From an uncultured Methanomassiliicoccus sp. (GTDB lineage Archaea; Thermoplasmatota; Thermoplasmata; Methanomassiliicoccales; Methanomassiliicoccaceae), in NCBI GenBank assembly GCA_905202485.1, contig CAJKRY010000001.1:92456-156455 (forward strand): a stretch of 64,000 nucleotides of DNA, given 5' to 3'. Positions 9,913-18,783 of this stretch are shown here, piece after piece (positions within the stretch are counted from its first letter, which is position 1; every line of letters starts with the position of its first letter). A program made the translations under genes and the position numbers. Below the pieces are notes generated by a model. The model saw nothing but the letters and a program-made list of their open reading frames with translations, was not told where the DNA came from and ran no database searches.

Positions 9913-10783
9913 GTTTCAATTCCCGCTACCTAAAGAAGAATATATGTACCCTGGACATTCCGCATGCCCTGGCTGCGGAGAACCGATTTCTATGAGAATG
10001 CTGCTTAAGGCTTTGGGACCAAATACGATTATGAATGTCCCAGCGGGCTGCTGCGCGGTAATCCCTGGAGTCTGGCCTACATATTCATTAAAAATACCGC
10101 TGGTAGACCACGCTTTTGAATGCACCGGAGCAGTATCTTCAGGAATAAGAGCAGCTTTGGATCACTTCGGAAAAGATGACGTGACTGTAGTAGGATGGGC
10201 GGGAGACGGAGGCACGGCAGACATCGGCCTGCAGTCCCTTTCAGGCGCAGTGGACAGAGGCACCGACATGCTGTATGTGATGTATGATAATGAAGCATAC
10301 ATGAATACAGGAAATCAATGCAGCTCTGCCACCCCGTGCGGAGCTAACACTACTACAACACCAGGCGGAAAAAACCATCAAAGAACAAAGAAAGACGTTA
10401 TGAAGATGATGATCGCCAACGGCATAGTGTACGGCGCATCCCTCAATCCTGCGTTTCCTGAAGATTTTATAGAGAAAGTCGTAACAGCCAAAGGCATCAA
10501 GGGTCCTAAGTTCCTGCACATACTTTCACCGTGCCCTTCAGGCTGGAAATTTGACCCTCGAAATACTATAAAAATTGCAAGGCTTGCCACTGAAACAGGA
10601 GTGTTTCCTCTTTACGAATATCGCAACAGAGAGACAATTTTTACCAAAGACCTTAAAAATAGGAAGCCGCTTGAAGAGTATCTCCGCCTCCAGGGACGTT
10701 TCAAACATTTGTCTCAGGCCGATGTGGAAGGAATGCAAAGAATTCTTGATGAAAGCATTCAGAAACTTCTGAAGGAGGAGTAG
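9905..10783 (+). CDS. porB: pyruvate:ferredoxin oxidoreductase beta subunit (TPP-binding)
   Basis: PGHSACPGCGEP and GWAGDGGTADIGLQSL (TPP/Mg motif GDG); start overlaps porA stop. Confidence 0.85.
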   Translation: MTEFQFPLPKEEYMYPGHSACPGCGEPISMRMLLKALGPNTIMNVPAGCCAVIPGVWPTYSLKIPLVDHAFECTGAVSSGIRAALDHFGKDDVTVVGWAGDGGTADIGLQSLSGAVDRGTDMLYVMYDNEAYMNTGNQCSSATPCGANTTTTPGGKNHQRTKKDVMKMMIANGIVYGASLNPAFPEDFIEKVVTAKGIKGPKFLHILSPCPSGWKFDPRNTIKIARLATETGVFPLYEYRNRETIFTKDLKNRKPLEEYLRLQGRFKHLSQADVEGMQRILDESIQKLLKEE

Positions 10784-10794
10784 AGGGTGACTGG

Positions 10795-12609
10795 TTGGAA
10801 AAACTGCTTGCGGACAGCGGGAGAATCCTCCTGCTCGGTAATGAAGCTATAGCACGGGGATTAATTGAAGCCGGATGCGGGGTAGCTGCCACATATCCAG
10901 GGACTCCTTCCTCTGAAATAGGAGGAGTTCTGGATGACGTAGCTGACAAAGTTGGCATGTATTTTGAATATTCTGTCAACGAAATTGTGGCAATGGAAGT
11001 GGCGGCTGCAGCCGCAGTCTCCGGAGTACGATCATTTGCTTTCATGAAGCATGTAGGGCTGAATGTAGCAGCTGATGCTTTCATGACTCTGTCTTATGTA
11101 GGAGTAAGAGCCGGCATGGTTATTCTGACTGCAGATGATCCGTCAATCCATTCATCACAGAGTGAGCAGGACAACAGATATTACGCAAAATTTGGCTTAG
11201 TGCCGATGCTGGAACCTACTACTCCTGCTGAATGTAAAGACATGATCATTGAAGCTTTCGAGCTCTCAGAGAAGCTGCACAGCCCTGTGCTGGTCAGAAC
11301 TACCACAAGAGTAAATCATGCCAGAGGTGCAGTCAGTCTCAGTAAGCCAAGAAAAATAGAAAGGAAGGGAGTATTCGAAAAAGATCCTGCCCACCTTGTA
11401 ACAGTACCGGCAAATGCCAGAAGAGACAGGATCGACCAGCTTGAAAGGATCGGAAAAGCACAGAAACTGTCGGAAATTTCTCCTTTGAATTATATTACTG
11501 GCAGTGGATCTGATGGGATCATTACCAGTGGCGTGTCGTATACCTACGCGGCTGAATACATTGAAGATGCTGAAATCCTCAAACTCGGATTCAGCTACCC
11601 GCTTCCAGAAGAAAAAATCAAAAAGTTCCTGCAGAACAAGAGTAGAGTAGTTGTCATTGAAGAGCTGGAGCCGGTCATTGAAGACGAAGTCAGAAGAATA
11701 GCTCAGCAGAACAGCATAAAAACAGAGATCATCGGTAAAAGAACAGGCCATCTGCCGAGAGCTTATGAGTATTCTCCAGACACCCTGAACGCTCTGTCCA
11801 GCATATTGAAAATCAAAAAAGAAGCCCAGCCGCTTTCATCTGAGATTAAGCTTCCTTCAAGGCCCCCGGTCCTCTGTGCAGGCTGCCCCCACCGTTCCAC
11901 CTTTTATGCTACAAAAAAAGCAGTGGGAAAAGAAGGCGCTATTTACTGTACAGATATAGGTTGCTACACATTGGGAGTTCAGCCACCGATGAACTGTGCT
12001 GATATCACCCTCTGCATGGGCTCATCTATAGGAACTGCAGGAGGATTCTCAGAAGCTGCAGACAAAAGGGCTGTGGCATTCATCGGAGACTCGACATTCT
12101 TCCACGGCGGAATACCCGGGCTGATTAATGCAGGCTACAATAAACACAACAACCTGGTGCTTGTAATCTTAGACAACAGAACCACTGCCATGACCGGACA
12201 CCAGCCCAACCCTGGAACCGGCAGAGATTACGGCGGAATAGAGAGCCCTCCCCTGAAGATCGAACCACTGGTAAGAGCATGCGGAATTGAATTTGTCAAG
12301 ACTGTTAACCCTTATGATCTTGCAGCTACAGAAGAAGCTGTCAAAGAAGCTCTGGAATTTAACGGTCCAGCAGTGATTGTAAGTGAGCATGCCTGCCCTC
12401 TGCTGAGAAAGAAAGAGGGAAAACTGGAAAAGAAACTGTATGAAGTCAACAGGGAAAAATGCATCAACTGCAAAATATGCCTAAGCAAATTTTCGTGCCC
12501 TGCATTAAGCGTCGATGACGGAAAACCCCTGATTGACAAAACTTCCTGCATAGGCTGCGGAGGATGTGCCCAGGTTTGTCCTCAAAATGCAATAGAGGTG
12601 AAACAATGA
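10795..12609 (+). CDS. iorA: indolepyruvate:ferredoxin oxidoreductase alpha subunit (with C-terminal 2x[4Fe-4S] domain)
   Basis: LLLGNEAIARGLIEAGCGVAATYPGTPSSEI N-terminus, TPP motif GDSTFFHGG, C-terminal CINCKICLSKFSCP...CIGCGGCAQVCP; TTG start preceded by gaaggagg. Confidence 0.85.
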   Translation: MEKLLADSGRILLLGNEAIARGLIEAGCGVAATYPGTPSSEIGGVLDDVADKVGMYFEYSVNEIVAMEVAAAAAVSGVRSFAFMKHVGLNVAADAFMTLSYVGVRAGMVILTADDPSIHSSQSEQDNRYYAKFGLVPMLEPTTPAECKDMIIEAFELSEKLHSPVLVRTTTRVNHARGAVSLSKPRKIERKGVFEKDPAHLVTVPANARRDRIDQLERIGKAQKLSEISPLNYITGSGSDGIITSGVSYTYAAEYIEDAEILKLGFSYPLPEEKIKKFLQNKSRVVVIEELEPVIEDEVRRIAQQNSIKTEIIGKRTGHLPRAYEYSPDTLNALSSILKIKKEAQPLSSEIKLPSRPPVLCAGCPHRSTFYATKKAVGKEGAIYCTDIGCYTLGVQPPMNCADITLCMGSSIGTAGGFSEAADKRAVAFIGDSTFFHGGIPGLINAGYNKHNNLVLVILDNRTTAMTGHQPNPGTGRDYGGIESPPLKIEPLVRACGIEFVKTVNPYDLAATEEAVKEALEFNGPAVIVSEHACPLLRKKEGKLEKKLYEVNREKCINCKICLSKFSCPALSVDDGKPLIDKTSCIGCGGCAQVCPQNAIEVKQ

Positions 12610-13214
12610 AATACGGAATTCAGCTGGTAGGCGTAGGAGGACAGGGAGTGCTTCTGGCCTCGACTGTATTAGGCAGCGCTGCTGTCTCGGAAGGCATGGA
12701 TGCCGCCATGTCTGAAGTCCACGGAATGGCTCAGAGAGGAGGAAGCGTCCAGTGTACCGTACGTATCGGCCAGGGCGTGCTAAGTCCTCTGCTGGCTCAG
12801 GGAGAGGCCAACGTTCTTCTTGGTTTCGAGCCTGCTGAAACCTGCAGAAATCTGATCTATGCCAATAAAGACACGTATGTCATTACAAACACTGTTCCTG
12901 TAGTGCCTGTTACCGTCTCCTCCGGCATGGAAGAATATCCTGCCGTGGATGACATTATCAAAGCAGTAAAGGACAGCGGAGTATCCAGACTGATAGCGAT
13001 TGATGCTGTCAACATGGCCCAAGAAGCAGGGAATGCCATCGCTGCAAACTCTGTCTTGATAGGCGCCATGTCTGCAGTGCCTGGATTTCCCCTTTCTAAA
13101 GAAAAAATGCTTAGCATACTTTTAGAAAGAGTGCCGGCAAAAGCTAAGGATGTTAACCAGAAAGCATTCGAAATGGGGTATGAGGCAGCGTTTAAATGCC
13201 TCTCGCCTCAATAA
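12606..13214 (+). CDS. iorB: indolepyruvate:ferredoxin oxidoreductase beta subunit
   Basis: MKYGIQLVGVGGQGVLLAS... typical IorB; ATG at 12606 overlaps iorA stop (ATGA). Confidence 0.8.
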   Translation: MKYGIQLVGVGGQGVLLASTVLGSAAVSEGMDAAMSEVHGMAQRGGSVQCTVRIGQGVLSPLLAQGEANVLLGFEPAETCRNLIYANKDTYVITNTVPVVPVTVSSGMEEYPAVDDIIKAVKDSGVSRLIAIDAVNMAQEAGNAIAANSVLIGAMSAVPGFPLSKEKMLSILLERVPAKAKDVNQKAFEMGYEAAFKCLSPQ

Positions 13215-13824
13215 TTAATCTTTTTAGATTGGCAGCTGCTGCGGACACATCTTCCCGCGATACTACCGCTGAGATAACAGCGACTCCGTCAGCACCAGCC
13301 GATATCACTTCTTTTATGTTGTTTTCATTGATTCCGCCTATTGCAAGGACTGGAACTGAAACTGTCCGTTTCATTTTTCTAAGCTCTGCAATACCTTTGC
13401 CATGGCCGGCGTCATCTTTTGAAGATGTATCAAAAATAGGACTGAGAGCAACGTAGTCTGCTCCGTCCCTCTCAGCTTTCAAAGCTTCTTCCGCCGTGCC
13501 TGCTGAAACCCCGATTATAAAGTCTGAAGGGACAAATTTTCTGAGAGCTGCTACTGGGATATCAACCTGTCCGACATGAACTCCTTCAGCCTTTGCTGCA
13601 AGTGCTACATCTACTCTGTCATTGACAATAAAAATAACATCATGCTGTCTGCAGATTTTTGATATTTCGAGGGCTGTTTCATACAGCTGTCTGGTCTCCA
13701 TGTATTTATCTCTGAGTTGTATAACATCAGCGCCTCCTTCCACTGCTAATCTCGCTAACTCAATATGGCTCTTGCCTTTGGAAATAGCTTCATCAGTCAG
13801 GACGTAAAGCGAATAATCTCTCAT
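13192..13824 (-). CDS. thiE: thiamine-phosphate synthase
   Basis: YVLTDEAISKGKSHIELARLAVEGGADVIQLRDK and downstream ThiE TIM-barrel motifs; 3' end overlaps iorB 3' end convergently by about 23 nt. Confidence 0.85.
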   Translation of the reverse strand: MRDYSLYVLTDEAISKGKSHIELARLAVEGGADVIQLRDKYMETRQLYETALEISKICRQHDVIFIVNDRVDVALAAKAEGVHVGQVDIPVAALRKFVPSDFIIGVSAGTAEEALKAERDGADYVALSPIFDTSSKDDAGHGKGIAELRKMKRTVSVPVLAIGGINENNIKEVISAGADGVAVISAVVSREDVSAAAANLKRLIIEARGI

Positions 13825-14642
13825 ATTCTCTCTACCTTTGCTTCAGCAGCTAGATCTTCCGGGGTCAGAGCCGCAACTTTGTCAAAGAGTTTTGTCCTGA
13901 AAGAATAAGGACCGTATGATTTATCAGCAGCTGCTCTTTCGCCGGCGATACCGAATGCCGCCGCTGCCGCCACTGAGGCTGTAAGCATATCGGAAGCTAC
14001 GGCACTGAATGACCCAGTTATGGATGAAAGCATGCAGCCGGTTCCAGAAACTTTATCCATCCATTCATGTCCATTTGATACTGCATAGGAGGTTATGCCG
14101 TCTGTAGCTATGTCTTCTTTTCCTGTTGCCACCACAACAGCACCTGTTTCCCTTGCTAGAGATTTGCATACAGAGATTAAATCATCTGCAGCGTCGCATG
14201 AGTCTACGCCTTTAACAATTCCGCCGGCTCCAGCCAGGACTGAAATTTCACCCGCATTGCCTTTAATTACCGACGGACTGATCTTTTCAATCAGAGTCTG
14301 TGCAGTTTTGGTTCTATAGGATGTAGCTCCAGCTCCAACAGGATCTAGAATTATCGGGATATCTTTTTCACGGGCAACTCTGCCTGCAAGAAGCATAGAC
14401 TCTACCGTTCTGCTGTTCAGAGTCCCGATGTTAAGCACTAGAGCTCCGGCGATTGAAGTCATTTCTTCCATCTCTTCAATTGCATCAGCCATTACCGGAG
14501 AAGCTCCTATGCACAGTGTAATGTTAGCGCAGTCATTCACAGTAACATAGTTCGTGATATGGTGAATTAGAGGGCGGCTTTCTCTAAGTGTGGCAAAAAG
14601 TCCCTTTAAACTGCTGTTGTCCATGTTAATCGCTCTCAGCAA
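13821..14642 (-). CDS. thiM: hydroxyethylthiazole kinase
   Basis: PLIHHITNYVTVNDCANITLCIGASPVMA typical ThiM; 4-nt overlap with thiE. Confidence 0.85.
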   Translation of the reverse strand: MLRAINMDNSSLKGLFATLRESRPLIHHITNYVTVNDCANITLCIGASPVMADAIEEMEEMTSIAGALVLNIGTLNSRTVESMLLAGRVAREKDIPIILDPVGAGATSYRTKTAQTLIEKISPSVIKGNAGEISVLAGAGGIVKGVDSCDAADDLISVCKSLARETGAVVVATGKEDIATDGITSYAVSNGHEWMDKVSGTGCMLSSITGSFSAVASDMLTASVAAAAAFGIAGERAAADKSYGPYSFRTKLFDKVAALTPEDLAAEAKVERI

Positions 14643-14739
14643 TGCAGAAGGTAAATATCATATTTACCCAAAAGAGAACAAAACAAGAAAGTAGTAAAAA
14701 TTCAGGATGTGAATCCTGAATGATAGTAGTTAAACCCAA

Positions 14740-15105
14740 TCAAGCTGGTGAGATACCAGTTATCTTGATTGTGATTGGATCTTTATCGATATGCACTGTA
14801 TATATGTATTTAGAACCGTCAAGTTGAGGTTCTAGAGGAACATTGCTGTCATCAACATATACTTTGGGAGTGCCTGCATATCCATCATCAACAGTTATGG
14901 CAAAGGTATAATCACTATCAACATGTACCTTTTCCACAGACCCATTTATGATATTTTCATCAGCATCTGTTATAGTGCAGCCTTCAGTACCCTCAAAGGT
15001 AATGCTGTCTTTTATGTTGTCTGCCCCAGCAACCGCTACAGCGCCTAAAACCACGATGGGGATAAGGATGACTACTAAAACTAGGAGTACATCTTTTTTC
15101 TTCAT
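14740..15105 (-). CDS. small secreted/membrane-anchored protein of unknown function
   Basis: Likely start at MKKKDVLLVLVVILIPIVVLGAVAVAG (signal/anchor helix) followed by soluble beta-rich region; upstream part of the track ORF (to 15180) is probably not translated. Confidence 0.4.
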   Translation of the reverse strand: MKKKDVLLVLVVILIPIVVLGAVAVAGADNIKDSITFEGTEGCTITDADENIINGSVEKVHVDSDYTFAITVDDGYAGTPKVYVDDSNVPLEPQLDGSKYIYTVHIDKDPITIKITGISPA

Positions 15106-15297
15106 TGGGATGGCGATATATGGACAGAATATATAACAGTAATGGAAAAGAAATAGAAAATTGCTCAGTTCAGTAATCAATAGTTAATTGCCAAAATGCC
15201 TTTTTCAAAGATTTCGTAGTACCTCTTTAAATACTTAATGGTGCATAAGCTGATTTACACATGCTTCGGTATGTGTAGAACACAATAGGTAATTTAA

Positions 15298-15474
15298 ATG
15301 TACGAGAGAAGAGGCGGATATAGGCGCGACGAGCCCCGTGAAATGCATACAGCAACATGCTCTGACTGTGGAGCAGAAACCCAGGTTCCCTTTAAACCGA
15401 CCGAGGGAAGGCCGGTATATTGCAGGGAGTGCTTCCAAAAGCACAGGCCACCGCGCAACGATAGGAGATATTAA
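15298..15474 (+). CDS. 58-aa CxxC...CxxC zinc-ribbon protein (zf-trcl-like; not in the ORF track)
   Basis: ATG 15298 to TAA 15472-15474 encodes MYERRGGYRRDEPREMHTATCSDCGAETQVPFKPTEGRPVYCRECFQKHRPPRNDRRY. The CxxCG-x4-VPFKP-x4-RPVYCxxCF arrangement is a recognisable small zinc-ribbon pattern; lies antisense to the low-complexity track ORF 15235..15492. Confidence 0.5.
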   Translation: MYERRGGYRRDEPREMHTATCSDCGAETQVPFKPTEGRPVYCRECFQKHRPPRNDRRY

Positions 15475-15627
15475 ACGTCTCTTAATCCTCAAACCCTTTC
15501 TTTAAACTTCTTAATGGTTTCGCTGAGTTTCGGATATTAATTTGATAGGATGCAAACCAATTTTTTTATAAATCTGATTATGTCTAAGATCCCAAGCTTT
15601 ATGTTTTTTAAATCATTGTACCCGCTG

Positions 15628-15918
15628 ATGGATAAAACGATAAGTTTTTGCGGCACCATCTGTTCTGATTGTGAATATTACCAGAATGAGTGTAAAGGTT
15701 GTAGTGGTGTAGATGGCAGACCGTTCTGGATTCAATATGTAGAACAAGACACATGCAAAATTTATGATTGCTGTGCAAATAAGAAAAAGGTTGCCTACTG
15801 CGGAAAGTGCAATGAACTGCCTTGTGATTATTATTTTGACACTGTTGATCCAAACATTACAGAAGAACAGCGTAGAGAATGTTTGAAAAAGCAGATTGAA
15901 ACGCTGAAATCATTGTAA
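15628..15918 (+). CDS. DUF3795-like cysteine-rich protein
   Basis: Start at MDKTISF; Cys pattern CGTICSDCEYY...CKGC...CKIYDCCANKKK...CGKCNELPCDYY matches DUF3795 family arrangement. Confidence 0.55.
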   Translation: MDKTISFCGTICSDCEYYQNECKGCSGVDGRPFWIQYVEQDTCKIYDCCANKKKVAYCGKCNELPCDYYFDTVDPNITEEQRRECLKKQIETLKSL

Positions 15919-16325
15919 AGTATCACCTATGCATAAATCATATGATTCTCTGATAAAGCCCATGAGATTAGAATCAATTTCAGAGTCATCGCTTATAATC
16001 GTATGGTGAGTCTATCTGCCCGGATACAGTTCCACTGCCTGAACGATACGTAACGAGTCTGAACAATACGGCAGGAAAAATGAGACAAGCGTGTAAGTAT
16101 CCGAGCGGTTCTTTGTTTTATGTATTTGAACCCATACAAAGACAAAATTACGCTTGTCCGAAAAAAGCAATCTGAGTTTTTGAATTTTTATACTAACTGC
16201 CGAATTCAATACATATCAATCCACTTAGTTTTATATACAATGGTAATGCCTGCGGTATCCTGCTGAAAAATGATATTGCAGCATTATCCATAGCATACCA
16301 TCGTTATATTCTTACCAATTAAAGT

Positions 16326-16694
16326 TTAATTGCCGTGGTCTTCAACAATCTGGATTTCAATTCCATCAGGATCTTTTACAAATACACAGTATGTATCTTT
16401 CCCCAGTGTCAAAGGTCCTCTCAATATTTCTACACCATTTGATTTTAATTTCTGGATCATTGATTCAAGATTATCAACCATGAATCCAATGCTTATTTTT
16501 TGATTATTATATTGAATGTTATCTCCAGAAATTAATTCAATTTCTGCACCATTATCATCTCCGTTGAAAAAAGCAATAGTGTGTTCAGGTGCCGGGCTGA
16601 ATGTTCTTTCTAATTTCAATCCTAAAACATTTCCATAAAACTTTTTAGACTGTTCCATGTCATTTACATGTATTGTACACCAGCATACTCTCAT
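16326..16694 (-). CDS. VOC/glyoxalase-family protein
   Basis: MRVCWCTIHVNDMEQSKKFYGNVLGLKLE...; paired betaalphabetabetabeta modules typical of glyoxalase I/bleomycin-resistance fold; about 122 aa. Confidence 0.7.
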   Translation of the reverse strand: MRVCWCTIHVNDMEQSKKFYGNVLGLKLERTFSPAPEHTIAFFNGDDNGAEIELISGDNIQYNNQKISIGFMVDNLESMIQKLKSNGVEILRGPLTLGKDTYCVFVKDPDGIEIQIVEDHGN

Positions 16695-16815
16695 GTTAAC
16701 ATCTCCCAATATGATTAAGTGTATGATATGTTGCGGTTATTAATCTTTTTAATCAGAAATGATACATATAAAACTATTATCTATATTAATTAAAAATATG
16801 TTTCCTGAGAGATTA

Positions 16816-17382
16816 TTACTCCTCAGAAATATACTTAATAAACTTTGCTGGATTTCCACCCACAACCGTATCTGCAGGAACATCTTTTGTAACTACTGAA
16901 CCAGCGGCTACAACTGCATTTTTTCCTATGGTGACGCCTGGCAGAATTATAGCACAGGCACCTATCCATGCGCTATCACAAACTCTGATAGGCTTGGAAA
17001 TCGTTGACCGCCTTTCGTCTGGATTGAACGAGTGGTTGGTAGTGATTAAATTTACATTCGGACCGAGCAGCACATGGTCTTCCAGAATTATGCCGCCGCG
17101 GTCTATGAATGTACATGCAGTATTGATGAAAACATCTTTACCCAAACGGATATTTTTGCCAAAGTCCGTATAAAAAGGCTGGCATATAACAGTTGTTTTA
17201 TCCACAGCAGCCCCGGTCAGCTTGGAGAACAGTTGTCTGATTTCATCTTCAGTATGGTAAATTGTGTTTATCTCAGCAACGATACGCTGAGCTTCCTGGA
17301 TTAGTCTGTAGATCTTAGGATATTCTGGATCATAAATTGATATTGTCTCTCCAGCCCTGTCTCTGTCAAATATATCAGACAT
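16816..17382 (-). CDS. hexapeptide-repeat sugar O-acetyltransferase (maltose/galactoside acetyltransferase-like)
   Basis: N-terminal Mac domain then left-handed beta-helix hexapeptides ([31 protein letters not shown]); start at MSDIF. Confidence 0.75.
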   Translation of the reverse strand: MSDIFDRDRAGETISIYDPEYPKIYRLIQEAQRIVAEINTIYHTEDEIRQLFSKLTGAAVDKTTVICQPFYTDFGKNIRLGKDVFINTACTFIDRGGIILEDHVLLGPNVNLITTNHSFNPDERRSTISKPIRVCDSAWIGACAIILPGVTIGKNAVVAAGSVVTKDVPADTVVGGNPAKFIKYISEE

Positions 17383-17538
17383 CTGCAGGACTAAATTCAC
17401 AATAACTATAGATTGGTTTGTATACAGCAATCATACAAATGCAAAAGTATCATCCACAAAAATATAAAGATTCATAATCCAACTAAATATGGAGTAGTAA
17501 TTAGACTAAGGTATATAGGGAAGTGTACAATAACACAT

Positions 17539-18780
17539 ATGATAACAATGGATTCTGGAAAAAAGATCCTAATAGTCGTTATGGATGGACTTGGAGATCG
17601 AGCTGTGAAGGAGCTGGATTATAAGACGCCTCTTCAATATGCAAACACACCAAATCTTGACTGGTTCGCTAAAAACGGATCTACTGGGATTATGGATACA
17701 ATAGGACCCGGCATAAGGCCCGGATCTGATACTTCTCACTTGGCCATATTAGGATACGATCCTTTCGAAGTATATACTGGTCGCGGCCCGTTCGAGGCTG
17801 CCGGTGTAGGACTTGTCGGACAGAGCGGAGATGTAGCATTCAGATGCAATTTTGCTACAGTAGACAGCAGCATGAATGTAACAGACCGCAGAGCCGGGCG
17901 TATCAAAGAACCAGATACAACTGAACTTGTGAAAGCCTTGAAAGATTTGAAAATCGGCGATGTTGAATGCATTGTAAAAGAGGCTACAGAGCACCGTGCC
18001 GTACTCCTTCTGCGCGGAGAAGGTTTGAGTCCTTATGTTACAGATGCTGACCCCCATGGTCTTGCAAAAGTAGGAATTTCCAGAGCCATGCAAGAAGGTG
18101 CAGAGAAAACAGCCAGAGTAGTAAATGAGTTCGTAAAGAAATCATATGAAATTCTCAATAACCACCCAGTGAACATTAAAAGAAAAATGGAAGGCAAGCT
18201 TCCTGCCAACATCCTCCTGCCGAGAGGAGCGGGAATGTTCCCTGACATTGAACCATTTGAAAAGAAATACGGCATGACTGGATCATGTGTTGCCGGCGTA
18301 TCTTTAATAAGGGGAATAGGCAGAATCTGCGGACTTGAAATTATTGAGCCGTCCCTCTGCACAGGCGGTCTTTCCACCAACATGGAAGCAAAAGCAAAAG
18401 CAGCCCTTGCAGAGTTGGAAAAGAAAGACTTTGTTCTGATGAATGTCAAAGCCTCCGACATCAGTTCACACGACGGAGACGCCATGAAGAAAGTCGAAGT
18501 CGTTGAACGCCTTGACAAGATGGCTGGATATATCAAAGAGAATCTTCCTGCCGGTGCTATAGTAGTGTTTACAGCAGATCACTGTACACCTGTAGAAAGA
18601 TTGGATCATTCAGGAGACCCAGTACCACTGTGTATCTACTCAGAAAACAGCCTGAAAGATGATGCTACAGAATTCAATGAAGTATCCTGCACCCGCGGCT
18701 GTTTAGGAAGAGTGCTGGGAAAGAATCTGATGTCTATTCTCATAGACAAAGCAGACCGCTCAGAGAAATTCGGGGCATAA
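17539..18780 (+). CDS. apgM: 2,3-bisphosphoglycerate-independent phosphoglycerate mutase, archaeal type
   Basis: KKILIVVMDGLGDR...NTPNLDWFAKNGSTGIMDT...GSDTSHLAILGYDP and C-terminal TADHCTP motif of archaeal iPGM; start 17539 or 17548. Confidence 0.85.
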   Translation: MITMDSGKKILIVVMDGLGDRAVKELDYKTPLQYANTPNLDWFAKNGSTGIMDTIGPGIRPGSDTSHLAILGYDPFEVYTGRGPFEAAGVGLVGQSGDVAFRCNFATVDSSMNVTDRRAGRIKEPDTTELVKALKDLKIGDVECIVKEATEHRAVLLLRGEGLSPYVTDADPHGLAKVGISRAMQEGAEKTARVVNEFVKKSYEILNNHPVNIKRKMEGKLPANILLPRGAGMFPDIEPFEKKYGMTGSCVAGVSLIRGIGRICGLEIIEPSLCTGGLSTNMEAKAKAALAELEKKDFVLMNVKASDISSHDGDAMKKVEVVERLDKMAGYIKENLPAGAIVVFTADHCTPVERLDHSGDPVPLCIYSENSLKDDATEFNEVSCTRGCLGRVLGKNLMSILIDKADRSEKFGA

Positions 18781-18783
18781 ATA

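Noticed and set aside
11266-11751. 161-aa minus-strand ORF inside iorA
   Set aside because: Antisense to a conserved TPP-enzyme gene; no motif
15235-15492. 85-aa minus-strand ORF from the six-frame track
   Set aside because: Odd composition, no motif; the opposite strand encodes a convincing zinc-ribbon sORF over the same nucleotides
16012-16209. 65-aa minus-strand ORF in the 15919-16325 intergenic region
   Set aside because: No start context or motif; region otherwise looks like 3' UTR / promoter space between convergent genes
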